Positions 1 through 10,194 of a stretch of DNA of 33,516 nucleotides are shown here, one piece after another. A program made the position numbers and the translations under genes. This DNA is from Octopus bimaculoides (Eukaryota). The notes under the pieces are model-generated. The model saw only the letters and a program-made list of their open reading frames with translations. It was not told the origin of the DNA and did not search any database. How positions within the stretch are numbered: the first letter of the stretch is position 1; the number at the start of each line of letters is the position of its first letter. The stretch covers positions 32,929,834 through 32,963,349 of the forward strand of contig NC_068997.1 of assembly GCF_001194135.2 (NCBI RefSeq), read 5' to 3'.

Positions 1-193
1 AATTTTAATCCTTCAACTATCTATATACATACATACATATAAAAATAAGAGGAATAACCAACAAAAGTGGACTCCTATATGCTAGAAATAGATGCCGAAT
101 CATCTAACCACGAAAAATATGTTCTCAATAAAAATTTTGCGACACAACAGACTGTAAAAGGGCAAGACAAATGAAAAAATACTAAATAAAAAA

Positions 194-273
194 CGATTGA
201 CCTACGTACCATAGTTTCACCGGTTAAAATTTACATAAGTAAATATCTGCAGGCTCATCAGCGTAGTCTGTCG
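194..273 (-). ncRNA. Type I hammerhead ribozyme (HH1), GUA cleavage triplet, long stem II
   Basis: Minus strand: GACUACG-CUGAUGA(261-255)-GCC...GGU-GAAA(218-215)-C UAUG GUA|CGUAG(G)UC. Stem I is 7 bp with one bulge plus a CGA/UCG extension; loop 2 contains the hairpin AUUUAC-UUAU-GUAAAU. Predicted cut between 207 and 206. Confidence 0.85.
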
Positions 274-584
274 ATTTATAAAATGTAATTTACAGAACTA
301 GACACAAGACGTCCACCCGAAAGGGAGCACGTTTAGAGTTCTACAATTTACATTCAGTGTATCCTTTCAAATGTCTTCAATCTGGCGCGCTAAGTCCGGA
401 AATAACTTTGCAGTTAATAAATTTTTGTAGCTAATTTACCGGTTTGAGAACATCATTATTTAAAATTTATTAATAACGGTAGAAATTGATATTAATCAAT
501 TAAAACCAGTGATCTAGCATATTAAAAAAATCCGAAGATAAAAATTATATTACATACAAAAATAAGAGGAATGACCAACAAAAG

Positions 585-633
585 TTACTTATGTAAATTT
601 TAACAGGTGAAACCATGGTACTTAGGTTAATCG
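585..633 (+). ncRNA. 3' half of the same hammerhead (truncated inverted copy, lacks CUGAUGA)
   Basis: CAGGU-GAAA(609-612)-CCAUGG-UA|CUUAG. Stem III ACCAUGGU is a perfect palindrome, and CAGGU restores a 5-bp stem II with GCCUG of HH1. Confidence 0.65.
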
Positions 634-887
634 TTGTTTTTTATTTAGTATTTTTTCATTTGTCTTGCCCTTTTACAATCTGTTGTGTCGTTAATTTTTT
701 ATTGAGAGCATATTTTTCGTGGTTAGTTGATTCGGCATCTATTTCTAGCATATAGGAGTCCACTTTTGTTGGTCATTCCTCTTATTTTTGAATGTAATAT
801 AATTTTAATCTTGGGATTTTTTTTAATATGCTAGACCACTGGTTTTAATTGATTAATATCAATTTCTACCCTTATTAATAAATTTTA

Positions 888-1130
888 CATACATACATAT
901 ATATAATATATATATATACACGCACGCGCATATGCACTCGCACACATATGCACGCGAACACATATACACGTTTTTCAATGTGTATATATTCATGTACATA
1001 AATATTTGCATACACATTATACGTGTGGACGTGCAAACGCGTACACGTATACCACTACTGATACACATGCACCTCACAGACATCCAAACACATACACACA
1101 TATATAGCCAAACACAAATGCTTGAGAGAG
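888..1130. repeat. Degenerate TA/CA microsatellite tract
   Basis: Direct reading. Confidence 0.85.
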
Positions 1131-1454
1131 AGGGAGAGGCGGCAGAGAGTGAGGTGGGAAGAGAGAGAAAGTTTCACATTCTACATAACATGGAGTTCTG
1201 GGAAAATGAAAACAGCGATGGTTGATGAAATTGATGAATTTTCAACAGAAAAACACCTGCACAATTATTTATCTTATCTAACATCAACACTACGAACAGC
1301 ACTGACTGCACAACATCTATAGTGTCTAGTTTAGCAAAATGATGTTCGCGTACCGTTGTGATGCTGGTATGTGACAGTAACTAATGGTTATGCATGTACT
1401 GCATTTCTTTGTGATTATAGATGCTAAGATATCTACGTATACACATACAAAGAC

Positions 1455-1632
1455 TTGTATCTTTTCGGCGAACTACGAAGTTATATGGACGTTAATAAAC
1501 CAACATCGATTGTCAGGCGGTGAGTTGGAAGGCAAACACAAGAGATTTGTCCCAGGTATCACACAGTGTGACTGATCCCCGAACCACATAAAAGGGAAAC
1601 AAGTTTAATAATCACACAGCCATGCCTACGCC
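1455..1632 (-). mobile_element. Old, internally deleted copy of SINE family A (GGCGCAGGAGTGGC tRNA-like head)
   Basis: Reverse complement gives GGCGTAGGCATGGCTGTGTG...GGTTCGGGGATCAGTC head and CCTGACAATCGATGTTGG...TAACTTCGTAGTTCGCCGAAAAG body, matching the 15310 copy. Confidence 0.6.
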
Positions 1633-1845
1633 TGACAAACGAAAGAAAAAGGTCAGTCTACGTGTTTAGCAGGATTTTCGTATATCATTAAAAAAAAAAT
1701 AGTTCGATTCGGTACCATGCAACTAACATTATAAGAAGGGCAGATGAAAGCCACTTATTATAATCGCAGATAATACTACTAAATGATTGTTATCTACATG
1801 TAAAACGCTCCAAGAAAGAGACCAAAGGGCTTTTACCGCTCACGC

Positions 1846-1880
1846 ACGTGTGTGTGTGTTTGTGTATGTCTCTCTCTCTC

Positions 1881-1968
<88 letters not shown>
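1846..1968. repeat. (GT)n microsatellite with short (CT)n interruption
   Basis: Direct reading; pure TG run about 1885-1968. Confidence 0.95.
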
Positions 1969-1971
<3 letters not shown>

Positions 1972-2369
1972 AATATTGAAAATATAAAATGGTTTTAATG
2001 AACATAGTTTTTGGATGAAAAGAACTCGAACAGATTTTACTGGTTACCAACAGCAGCACCAACAGCAAAGAATGAACTTCACACCAACGGCATCATATAT
2101 ATACGTCTTAGCATTTGTTTGAACCAAGTGGCTACTGCTGATGACTGCTTGATAGACACGAAACATGATACTATTACATCAGTAGATGCTTGGTTTGTGA
2201 TTGCTTTCAATGGTGAATAACATTCTTTCTTTATTGAGGAAAAGGATGAAGTACACTTACACTGTGATGAGATAACCACTAGCAAGGAATATGATAAAAA
2301 TCTATCATCTTACGCAATGAAAATCGTTTAAAGTTGCAGCCTAACTTCAATAAATTTGTTTCTACATTT

Positions 2370-2490
2370 TGATAAGCAAATACACACGCCCACAGATACA
2401 TACATATATAACATACACACACACATGCATACACGCTCACACACACATGCATATACATACATACATATATAATAACACACACGCACATAT
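2370..2490. repeat. Degenerate CA/TA microsatellite
   Basis: Direct reading. Confidence 0.85.
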
Positions 2491-2635
2491 AATAACACAG
2501 AAGGGCTGCGGTTCACTACAGCTGTTTCAGACGTGTTCTTTATTGTTGAACAAAAGTGTTGCCTTATGCGAAAAAACCGTTTTCTTCGGGTGTATAAATA
2601 GAAAATTTAACAATCGGAACTGCTAAGAAAATAGA

Positions 2636-2885
2636 GCACTGGTTGTGGTAAAGGCGACACCGTCTTCGTTCCTCGCATACCAGTTATACCATCTAATATC
2701 CCATTCTAATTTAAGCTGTTACAGTTTCCAACCCACTTTCTTTTGTCATGAGGGGTCAAACACTAAAAGTTGCTGAATTGCAACTTGAAGAACAAACAGA
2801 AATTCGTGTATGAAATCCATAATTTTTCTACTTCAATTATTACATGTTTTTCTCTTATATAATACACACATATAGGACGAGTAAA
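2636..2885 (+). mobile_element. Internally deleted duplicate of the Helitron 3' region
   Basis: 2636-2795 parallels 4306-4465 ([23 protein letters not shown]...GQTLKVAELQLE) and is joined directly to a copy of the 4905-4995 3' UTR segment. Confidence 0.8.
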
Positions 2886-2989
2886 CCTAAATCTGTAGTC
2901 GTAGTCTCACCCTGGCTCAGATTCGAAACTGAATCTTTCAATTCTCCTTGGCCATACGGCCTATTCAAATGTCAAAAGAAACCGTGACC

Positions 2990-4555
2990 AAAGAGTTTAA
3001 AATGTATTTTTGCTATTATTCTCAAAAATTGTGAAGTAAGTAATCCTGTTGAACTGTGGAATAAGTTCAGAAATGATCTTGCTGAAGATTTCAAGCACCA
3101 AGTTCAGTTGAGTAATCCTGAGCAAGATATTGTTTTCACTGGTGCTATATACAATGCGGCTTTGATTGAAATAGCAGATCAAATTATTTCGATGGGAAGT
3201 GAACCTATAGAAAATTTAGGTCTCCCACTAACTAATATAGGGGATCTTCAATGTCTGTCCATTGAAATAATGAGGGAAATTTCCTATATGGACGACCTGA
3301 CCATGTAACATAAATGATAATCTTCCTAAGCTTCTACCTTATTTTTTAGAGGCTCCAGGAGGTCCTTGGAAAACATTTGTAATTAAACTCCTCCTGGGTA
3401 AAGTTCGCCAAGAAAATAAAACAGCTTTATCTACTGCTACCTCTGGGATTGGAGTAACATTACTACCCGGAGGTCGGACTGTCCATTCGACATTCAAGTT
3501 GTCTTTAGATTTATCTAACAAAGAAGCTCCAGTTTGTAATATATCTCAAAATTCTGCAATGGGTAAACTAATACAAAGATGTCACTTAATTGTCTGGGAC
3601 GAATGTACCATGGCCCACAAAAGAGTTTTTGAAGCTGTGGACAGAACATTACAAGACATTAGAAATTGTAATTCCATGATGGGAAATGTCACAGTATTAT
3701 TGTCAGGAGACTTCCGACAAACACTACCAGTTGTTCCAAGAGGAACAAAAGTGGATGAGCTCAATGCTTCAATAAAGTTTTCTGTATTATGGCATAATGT
3801 GAAAACACTTAAACTGTCGACAAATTTGACATCGAAGCTTTCAAGAGATCAACCAGCTGAATTATTTGCAGAGCAACTTCTGAAACTCCGTGAAGGGAAA
3901 CTTCCAATCGATACCGAACAGTTTCTTTCCAATATGTAATTCAACTGATTCCGTCGATGATTTGTGGCTGAAATCTTTCCTAATCTTCTTCATAATTACA
4001 ATACAGATTGGATCTGTGAGCGAGCTATCCTGGCTCCAAAAAATGTTGCTGTACCTATGCTATTGGTAATATGCTATTGAATAAACTTCCGGGAGAAATA
4101 TTCACTTATAACTCAATCGACAGTGTTGTTGATTATCAGGGTAGTGTTAACTACCCCAACCACCAGGTGCAGTTCCTCATTGTCTTCAGCTGCAAAAATG
4201 GACTCCTATTATGCTATTGCGTAATTTGTCTCAGTCAAAATTATGCAATGGTACAAGATTAATTGTGCACAAGCTTATGACAAACTGCATTGAGGCAAAT
4301 ATTTTCACTAGTTGTGGTAAAGGTGACACTGTCTTCATTCCTCACATACCAGTTATACGATCTAATATCCCATTCCAATTTAAGTTTCCTGTCCGAGCTT
4401 CTTTTGAGATGAGCATTAGTAAAAGTCAGGGCCAAACACTAATAGTTTCTGGATTGCAACTTGAACAACCATGCTTTTCACATGGCCAACTTTATGTAGG
4501 AGCATCACGTGTGGGAGAAAAAAGTAAATCTTTTTGCTTATGCACACCGAAATAA
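2990..4555 (+). pseudogene. PIF1-family (SF1B) helicase domain of Helitron RepHel, frameshifted
   Basis: FAIILKNCEVSNPVELW..DLAED linker; Walker A decayed to FLEAPGGPWKTF; IVWDEC (Walker B); SGDFRQTLPVVPRG; [13 protein letters not shown]; [11 protein letters not shown]; [14 protein letters not shown]; several stops and frameshifts. Confidence 0.92.
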
Positions 4556-4679
4556 AACAAAAATCATTGTTTATAAAGAAATATTCACTGTTAATGAAAC
4601 ATGAATACTTCAATAACTTACTTTGCCATTACTATCACTACATTCAAGAATGAGTAAATTACCTATTTAAATGAACTGT

Positions 4680-4975
4680 ATTATATAATTGCAATTACTG
4701 TATTAATGAAAATAATAACACTTACAACTCACGTATGATTATCATATAATAAACAAACTAAAATTCATGTATGAAATTGATCTTTTTCCTGCTTCAATTA
4801 TCACATGCTTTTTTTCTATTATTACAATATTATATAATTGCCATTATTGAATTAATAAATAAAATAACGCATACAACTCACTTATTATTGTCATATAATA
4901 AACAAAAACAAAATCAAGTATGAAATTAATCTTTTTTCTACTTCAATTATTACATATTTTTCTCTTATAAAAATA
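4680..4975 (+). repeat. ~149 bp tandem duplication in the Helitron 3' UTR
   Basis: ATTATATAATTGC..ACAACTCAC..CATATAATAAACAA..GTATGAAATT..CTTCAATTAT begins at 4680 and again at 4829. Confidence 0.75.
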
Positions 4976-5076
4976 CACATACAGGAGGAGTAAATTATAT
5001 ATATAATAATACTCCGAATGGGGCTCCCAAGAAAAAGTAAAAGTAATTACCCGATCAACGACTAGTATTACTGCTA

Positions 5077-5112
<36 letters not shown>

Positions 5113-5190
5113 CGTTTATATTTATATAAAGGGCATTATTACAGAAAAATAATAACGCCACACAGTGGATATATATATATATACATATAT

Positions 5191-5354
5191 ACGAGGGGTT
5201 TGTTTGGGTTTCCGGCTACCATATCCACTCACAAGGGTTTGCCCAGCCCGCTGCTATAATAGAAAACACTTGCCTAACGTGTCAAACGGTGGGACTGAGC
5301 CCGGAACCTTGTTGTTGGGAAGCAAACTTCTTACCACACAGCCACTCCTGCACC
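5191..5354 (-). mobile_element. SINE family A, 5' half
   Basis: Reverse complement GGTGCAGGAGTGGCTGTGTGGTAAG (A box)...GGTTCCGGGCTCAGTCCCAC (B box)...CCTTGTGAGTGGATATGGTAG. Confidence 0.85.
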
Positions 5355-5359
5355 TATAT

Positions 5360-6246
5360 GTAGAGATATGTTATGCATATACGTGTAAATTCATGCATAT
5401 ATATGTGCGTATATGCACACACACATATATGTATACTTTTACACAGACACAGATATATATACACGTACATGCGTGCATACACACACACTCACACACAAAC
5501 ACACACACAACATATATATATATATATATATATATACGCAATGACATACACGCATATATGTACTTTCATACATATGATACTTATTCAAGTAAAACGGAAA
5601 TCTACAAACAGAACAATTAATACACAAACGCACACATATAAACAGAGACATGCTTAAACTTAAACACCCACAAAAGGCCCCCCGACATATACAGAGAAAC
5701 ATACAAGCGCACAGATAATTACACAAGCAGAAGCACACAAAAGTAGGTACATAAACGCCCACATGTACACTTACAAACGCATACACAGCACAAACATACA
5801 CATACACATTGCAATGGAAATCCACTGAAGTGTGAAGGAAACGCTTATGACGTGTGCCAAAGGTATTGGCAATGTCTGTCTCTGATTGGTTGATCTGATG
5901 ACAGTTGTGCAGTTGGACAGGCCACCAGAGGAGCAGATGTCATATAAAGAGCAACGAGACACACATACACACATCTACTTCTATACATATATACATACTC
6001 ACATACAAACACGCATTCACATGAGTTCAAGCGTGACAGAAACACGCGCGCACACATACACACACCCATACATGTTGGCAAGCTATAATACATATTTTGA
6101 CATACACACACACATAAACGCGCGCGCGCGCACAACCACGCACACACACACACACACACATATTAGTGTTCTAACACAAAAATAAACATATATATGCATG
6201 CATGCATAATTTGTCCCCACATCCAGTATTTCTTCTTTCCCTCCTT

Positions 6247-6305
<59 letters not shown>
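5360..6305. repeat. Compound degenerate CA/TA/CG/CT microsatellite region (short unique island about 5810-5945)
   Basis: Direct reading; pure (TC)n about 6250-6302. Confidence 0.8.
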
Positions 6306-6306
<1 letters not shown>

Positions 6307-6589
6307 TCATCCCTTTTACTCCCCACACGACACCCTATACACGTGTGAGTCAGCGAAGCGAAGCAGAAACTCTAGACTTGCCGCTTCAACAGTCACTGGT
6401 CGTTCGTCACTACATAACAACTAAGTTTTTCTGGGATTTCGAGGTCACAGCGTTCACAAGCGTGCACCGCCACACACTGCTATCCATCGTCTTATAAGAC
6501 CTGTATACTACCACTACTACTACTATACAACGTTTCCACCACCACTTACACTAGCGCCACCAGCATCACACCAACCATACATCGTTTTA

Positions 6590-6636
6590 TATCACTACAC
6601 ACAATGCTACATTGTGTATATCACACACACATAAAA

Positions 6637-6667
<31 letters not shown>

Positions 6668-6800
6668 AACACATACACACACACAAACACACACACACAC
6701 AAACACACACTCACTTTCTCTCTTTCTCTCTCTCTCCCTCTCCCTCTCTCTCCCTCTCATACACACACACCGCGCACGCATCTTCAATCTCTTTCTCTTC
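6590..6800. repeat. Compound CA then CT microsatellite
   Basis: Direct reading. Confidence 0.85.
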
Positions 6801-6824
6801 TTTCCTCTCTTTTACAATATATTC

Positions 6825-7275
6825 TTTTATTCTTTTACTTGTTTCAGTCATTTGACTGCGGCTATGCTGGAGCACCGCCTTTTGCTGAGCAAATCGACAC
6901 CAGGACTTATTCTTTGTAAGCCTAGTACTTATTCTATCGGGCTATTTTGCGATCCGCTAGCTTATGGGNNNNNNNNNNNNNNNNNNNNNNNNNNNNNNNN
7001 NNNNNNNNNNNNNNNNNNNNNNNNNNNNNNNNNNNNNNNNNNNNNNNNNNNNNNNNNNNNNNNNNNNNNNNNNNNNNNNNNNNNNNNNNNNNNNNNNNNN
7101 NNNNNNNNNNNNNNNNNNNNNNNNNNNNNNNNNNNNNNNNNNNNNNNNNNNNNNNNNNNNNNNNNNNNNNNNNNNNNNNNNNNNNNNNNNNNNNNNNNNN
7201 NNNNNNNNNNNNNNNNNNNNNNNNNNNNNNNNNNNNNNNNNNNNNNNNNNNNNNNNNNNNNGAACCATGTAGTTG
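6825..7275 (-). mobile_element. SINE family A spanning an assembly gap
   Basis: Tail TCTTTTACTTGTTTCAGTCATTTGACTGCGG at the left of the gap; head-proximal GAACCATGT.GTTGG at the right. Confidence 0.8.
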
Positions 7276-7494
7276 GTGATGATACCGGTATGACTTTGGA
7301 TCTCTTTAACAATTCAAAATAATGACATGTATTCCTCTTAATTCTACCTCAGTTCATCCAATTGTATATATTTATCGTTACTTTTCATTAAAAAAAAGCC
7401 TTTATTTTTTTATATCCAATGTGCATTTTCCCTTTTTCCTTACTTTCCCATATCTATACCACGTGTAGTCTCTTTTCTCTTTGAAACCTATTTC

Positions 7495-7532
<38 letters not shown>

Positions 7533-8359
7533 TGTAAATGCAAAATATATATATATATATAATACAAATAATATATAAGTATATGCTTATATACGTACAT
7601 GTATGTACATACCTACATCTACATGTGTATATAGATGTATATCTGAGTACAGGACGTCACAAAAAACGTGGACAAAATGAAAAACAGAACATAAACAGAG
7701 CACAGACAACAAACAGGCCACATAGAGAACATTTCCTTCATCAGCTGCCACCATTCNNNNNNNNNNCCACATAGAGAACATTTCCTTCATCAGCTGCCAC
7801 CATTCTAGACTAAGCGTTTCGAAGAGTTAGGGCAGGACGCATTGTTAGAATGGCTCTTCCCGCGGAAACAAATTACATGAAATTTGTAATGCGGAGGAAT
7901 TAAGTGGCGAACAGAAAACACGACAGGAAAACGAAACAGTGAAAATAAACAAGAAGGGCTGAAGGCCAGACGTGAAAAAGAATATCTGTATACTGAACGC
8001 TGTGATGTGACGAACTGAAAGGAAGAGGGACGAAGAAAGTTCGTGCTTGCTTGGCAGTGGCCTAGAGAGGAAAGGAAGCAGTAGCCGGTCACATGTCACC
8101 AGCGAGGTGGAGGGAGAAAGAGTGGTAGAGAGAGAAAAAAAGGGGAGGAAGTTAAACATAGGTGAGCAACGAGAGACAGAGAGGAAGAGAGAGAGAGATA
8201 TAGTAGTGAAGGGGAGAGGCGAAGAACAACAGAAGGAAGAACGAGAGGGGGAGAAAGATTCAAAGATAGATAGAGTGCGCGTCAAAAATATAAAGTTAAA
8301 ACTTACTTGCAAAAAGGACGCATGCGTTCGATCATATAATAATACAAATAATATGTGAG

Positions 8360-8390
<31 letters not shown>

Positions 8391-8425
8391 AGGATTATGA
8401 CGAAATATCATTAATATTAATATGA

Positions 8426-8511
8426 AGACTCTGAAGAAACTGTACCACTATTATAGTTAAATTACAATTGCAACGGTTACTAACCGACGCAGTCGAAACA
8501 TATGTTGGTCT
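8426..8511 (+). ncRNA. Type I hammerhead ribozyme (HH2), branched loop 2, GUU triplet, probably impaired
   Basis: AGACU-CUGAAGA(8431-8437)-A ACUG...CAGU C-GAAA(8495-8498)-CAUAUG-UU|GGUCU. Stem I 5 bp, stem III ACAUAUGU palindrome, A10.1.C11.1 mismatch; loop 2 has ACUA-UUA-UAGU and CGGUU-ACU-AACCG hairpins. Confidence 0.75.
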
Positions 8512-8844
8512 ATTTAAGGCTGTTTTTATAGATAAATGTGAATTAAAGTTAATACTAATACTACCTTATTATTATTGAATATATTAAATACTCCACGAAA
8601 CCTATATAGTTAAAGGTGATATATTTGGAATAATCCAAGGGAATATATTTCTGAATTCTTATCTAATAAGAATTATTACTGAAGTATATTTGCCACTTAA
8701 ATGTGGCTAACCACTAAGGGTGGATGCTACTATATCTTGTAGCCCCAGGAGGACACCTCCTCCAGCTGGCTATTGACACACTTTCTGTGCCCTAATCAGT
8801 ATTTGCAAAGGGAAGTCATCCTACTCATCTTCGACCTGACGTGA

Positions 8845-8892
8845 TACGCACGGACCTGGGTTTCAAGGTATTTACCCGTCATCAGTGCACGA
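8845..8892 (-). ncRNA. Degenerate type I hammerhead (HH3), GUC triplet
   Basis: Minus strand: GUGCA-CUGAUGA-C GGGU AAAU ACCU U-GAAA-C CCAG GUC|CG UGCGU. Stem II 4 bp with a C.U closing mismatch; stem III one change from the palindrome ACCCGGGU; stem I offset by 2 nt. Confidence 0.6.
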
Positions 8893-8929
8893 CATCAGTG
8901 CACGTCATCAGTGCACGTCATCAGTGCAC
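8878..8929 (+). repeat. 13-bp tandem repeat x4 (GTCATCAGTGCAC), no spacers
   Basis: Units start at 8878, 8891 (one substitution), 8904 and 8917; reverse complement contains CTGATGA. Confidence 0.95.
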
Positions 8930-8945
8930 GACAATCACCGGTCTT

Positions 8946-8981
8946 CGATGCGAAGGGTCCCGATGCGAAGGGTCCCGATGC
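8946..8981 (+). repeat. 15-bp tandem repeat x2.4 (CGATGCGAAGGGTCC)
   Basis: Direct reading. Confidence 0.9.
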
Positions 8982-9039
8982 AAATACATATATCCTTTTT
9001 CCAGTGACGAAGACAGAAACAAGTAAAAGAATTAAAGAA

Positions 9040-9089
<50 letters not shown>
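9040..9089. repeat. (GT)n microsatellite
   Basis: Direct reading. Confidence 0.95.
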
Positions 9090-9090
<1 letters not shown>

Positions 9091-9258
9091 TATGAGTGCT
9101 AGTGGTAACATGGAATCCAGGTAAGGTGGGTTGCTGAAAACGCAGCAGGATTAAAAACAAGATCAGTCAAAACGTATGCTCATGGGGGAGGTCCTGCAAA
9201 AATGACATCGTTCGGTAACATTCAATAACATGGATTGGCTGTTATGAGACTATATTAT

Positions 9259-9476
9259 AATATTCTTTTCTACTTTAGGCACAAGACATGAAATTTTGAG
9301 GGAGGATGCCAGTCGATTAGATTGATCCCAGTACGCAATGGGTACTTAATTTATCGATTCCGAAAGGATGAAATGCAAAGTTGACCTCGGCGGAATTTGA
9401 ACTCAGAACGTAAAGACAGACGAAATACCGCTAAGGATTTCGCCCGGCGCGCTAACGTTTCTGCCAAGTTGCCGCC
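9259..9476 (-). mobile_element. SINE family B (GGCGGCGAGCTGGCAGAA tRNA-like head), full length
   Basis: Reverse complement GGCGGCAACTTGGCAGAAACGTTAG...GAGTTCAAATTCCGCCGAGGTCAACTTTGC.TTTCATCCTTTCGG...GTGCCTAAAGTAGAAAAGAATA. Confidence 0.9.
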
Positions 9477-9826
9477 TTACTATATTACGATATTGAATAA
9501 ATAATATACCCACTCTATTACTTAATATACTAGAGACTGTTCTTTCCTGGCTTATAAAACTTATTGTACATCATTCTCTCTCTTTCTCTTACTCACTCAC
9601 CCACTATTTCTCACTCTCACTTTCTTTCTCTTTCTCTCCGTATATATATATACAGAGGGAGAGAGAGAAAGAGAGTGAGAGAGAGAGAGAGGTGGGGAGA
9701 AAGCCTCCACTTGTCAGAGGTGATCACATATCAATACAGAGCTAACACTTCTTCAGACCACTGTCGTCAGCGTCAGATTTTATGTAAATATCTGAGACAC
9801 ATATATATATGTATGTATATATATAC

Positions 9827-9863
<37 letters not shown>

Positions 9864-10194
9864 CATATATATATATANNNNNNNNNNNNNNNNNNNNNNN
9901 NNNNNNNNNNNNNNNNNNNNNNNNNNNNNNNNNNNNNNNNNNNNNNNNNNNNNNNNNNNNNNNNNNNNNNNNNNNNNNNNNNNNNNNNNNNNNNNNNNNN
10001 NNNNNNNNNNNNNNNNNNNNNNNNNNNNNNNNNNNNNNNNNNNNNNNNNNNNNNNNNNNNNNNNNNNNNNNNNNNNNNNNNNNNNNNNNNNNNNNNNNNN
10101 NNNNNNNNNNNNNNNNNNNNNNNNNNNNNNNNNNNATTAAAACCAAGTGGGAGAGAGCAGAGGAAGAATATATAAGTCCATCTTGACATAGCAG

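Larger units (their letters stand above)
41..887. mobile_element. Hammerhead-bearing repeat in inverted (head-to-head) arrangement; Penelope-like pseudo-LTR or retrozyme-like unit
   Basis: 585-~790 is the reverse complement of 41-242 and ~770-887 is the reverse complement of 461-585. 41-68 recurs directly at 559-585, giving a ~518 bp unit with a short terminal redundancy. It contains a hammerhead and is flanked by CATA/TA microsatellites on both sides. PLE assignment is inference. Confidence 0.6.
2990..5077 (+). mobile_element. Helitron, 5'-truncated (helicase half plus 3' end)
   Basis: Decayed RepHel/PIF1 coding region. The 3' terminus reads TACCCGatcaacgaCTAGTA-ttactg-CTAG|T (CTAG 5074-5077 followed by T), a degenerate subterminal hairpin plus CTRR end. 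Confidence 0.85.

Noticed and set aside
2131-2185. CTGATGA (2138-2144) followed by GAAAC (2160-2164), hammerhead-like
   Set aside because: Stem II pairs poorly with a C.C closing mismatch, there is no UH triplet in register with stem III, and stem I is out of register. At best a very old relic.
5810-6600. CCAAT/TATA-like and E-box/AP-1 motifs in unique islands (about 5884, 5943, 6339-6351)
   Set aside because: Short motifs with no linked transcript evidence.
7718-7806. 39-bp direct repeat on both sides of a 10-N gap
   Set aside because: Typical unmerged contig overlap; assembly artefact rather than biology.
7775-7830. Minus strand GAAAC-GCTTA-GTC followed by CTGATGA (type II order)
   Set aside because: The 14 nt between triplet and core cannot form stem I, and stem II is only about 3 bp.
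8878-8929. Short direct repeat array as possible CRISPR
   Set aside because: No spacers, 13-bp unit, eukaryotic context.
9720-9790. Possible terminal exon on the minus strand (CAG|AT IYIKSDADDSGLKKC*), phase-compatible with the 11740 donor
   Set aside because: Only 16 codons with an acceptor embedded in microsatellite; cannot be distinguished from chance.
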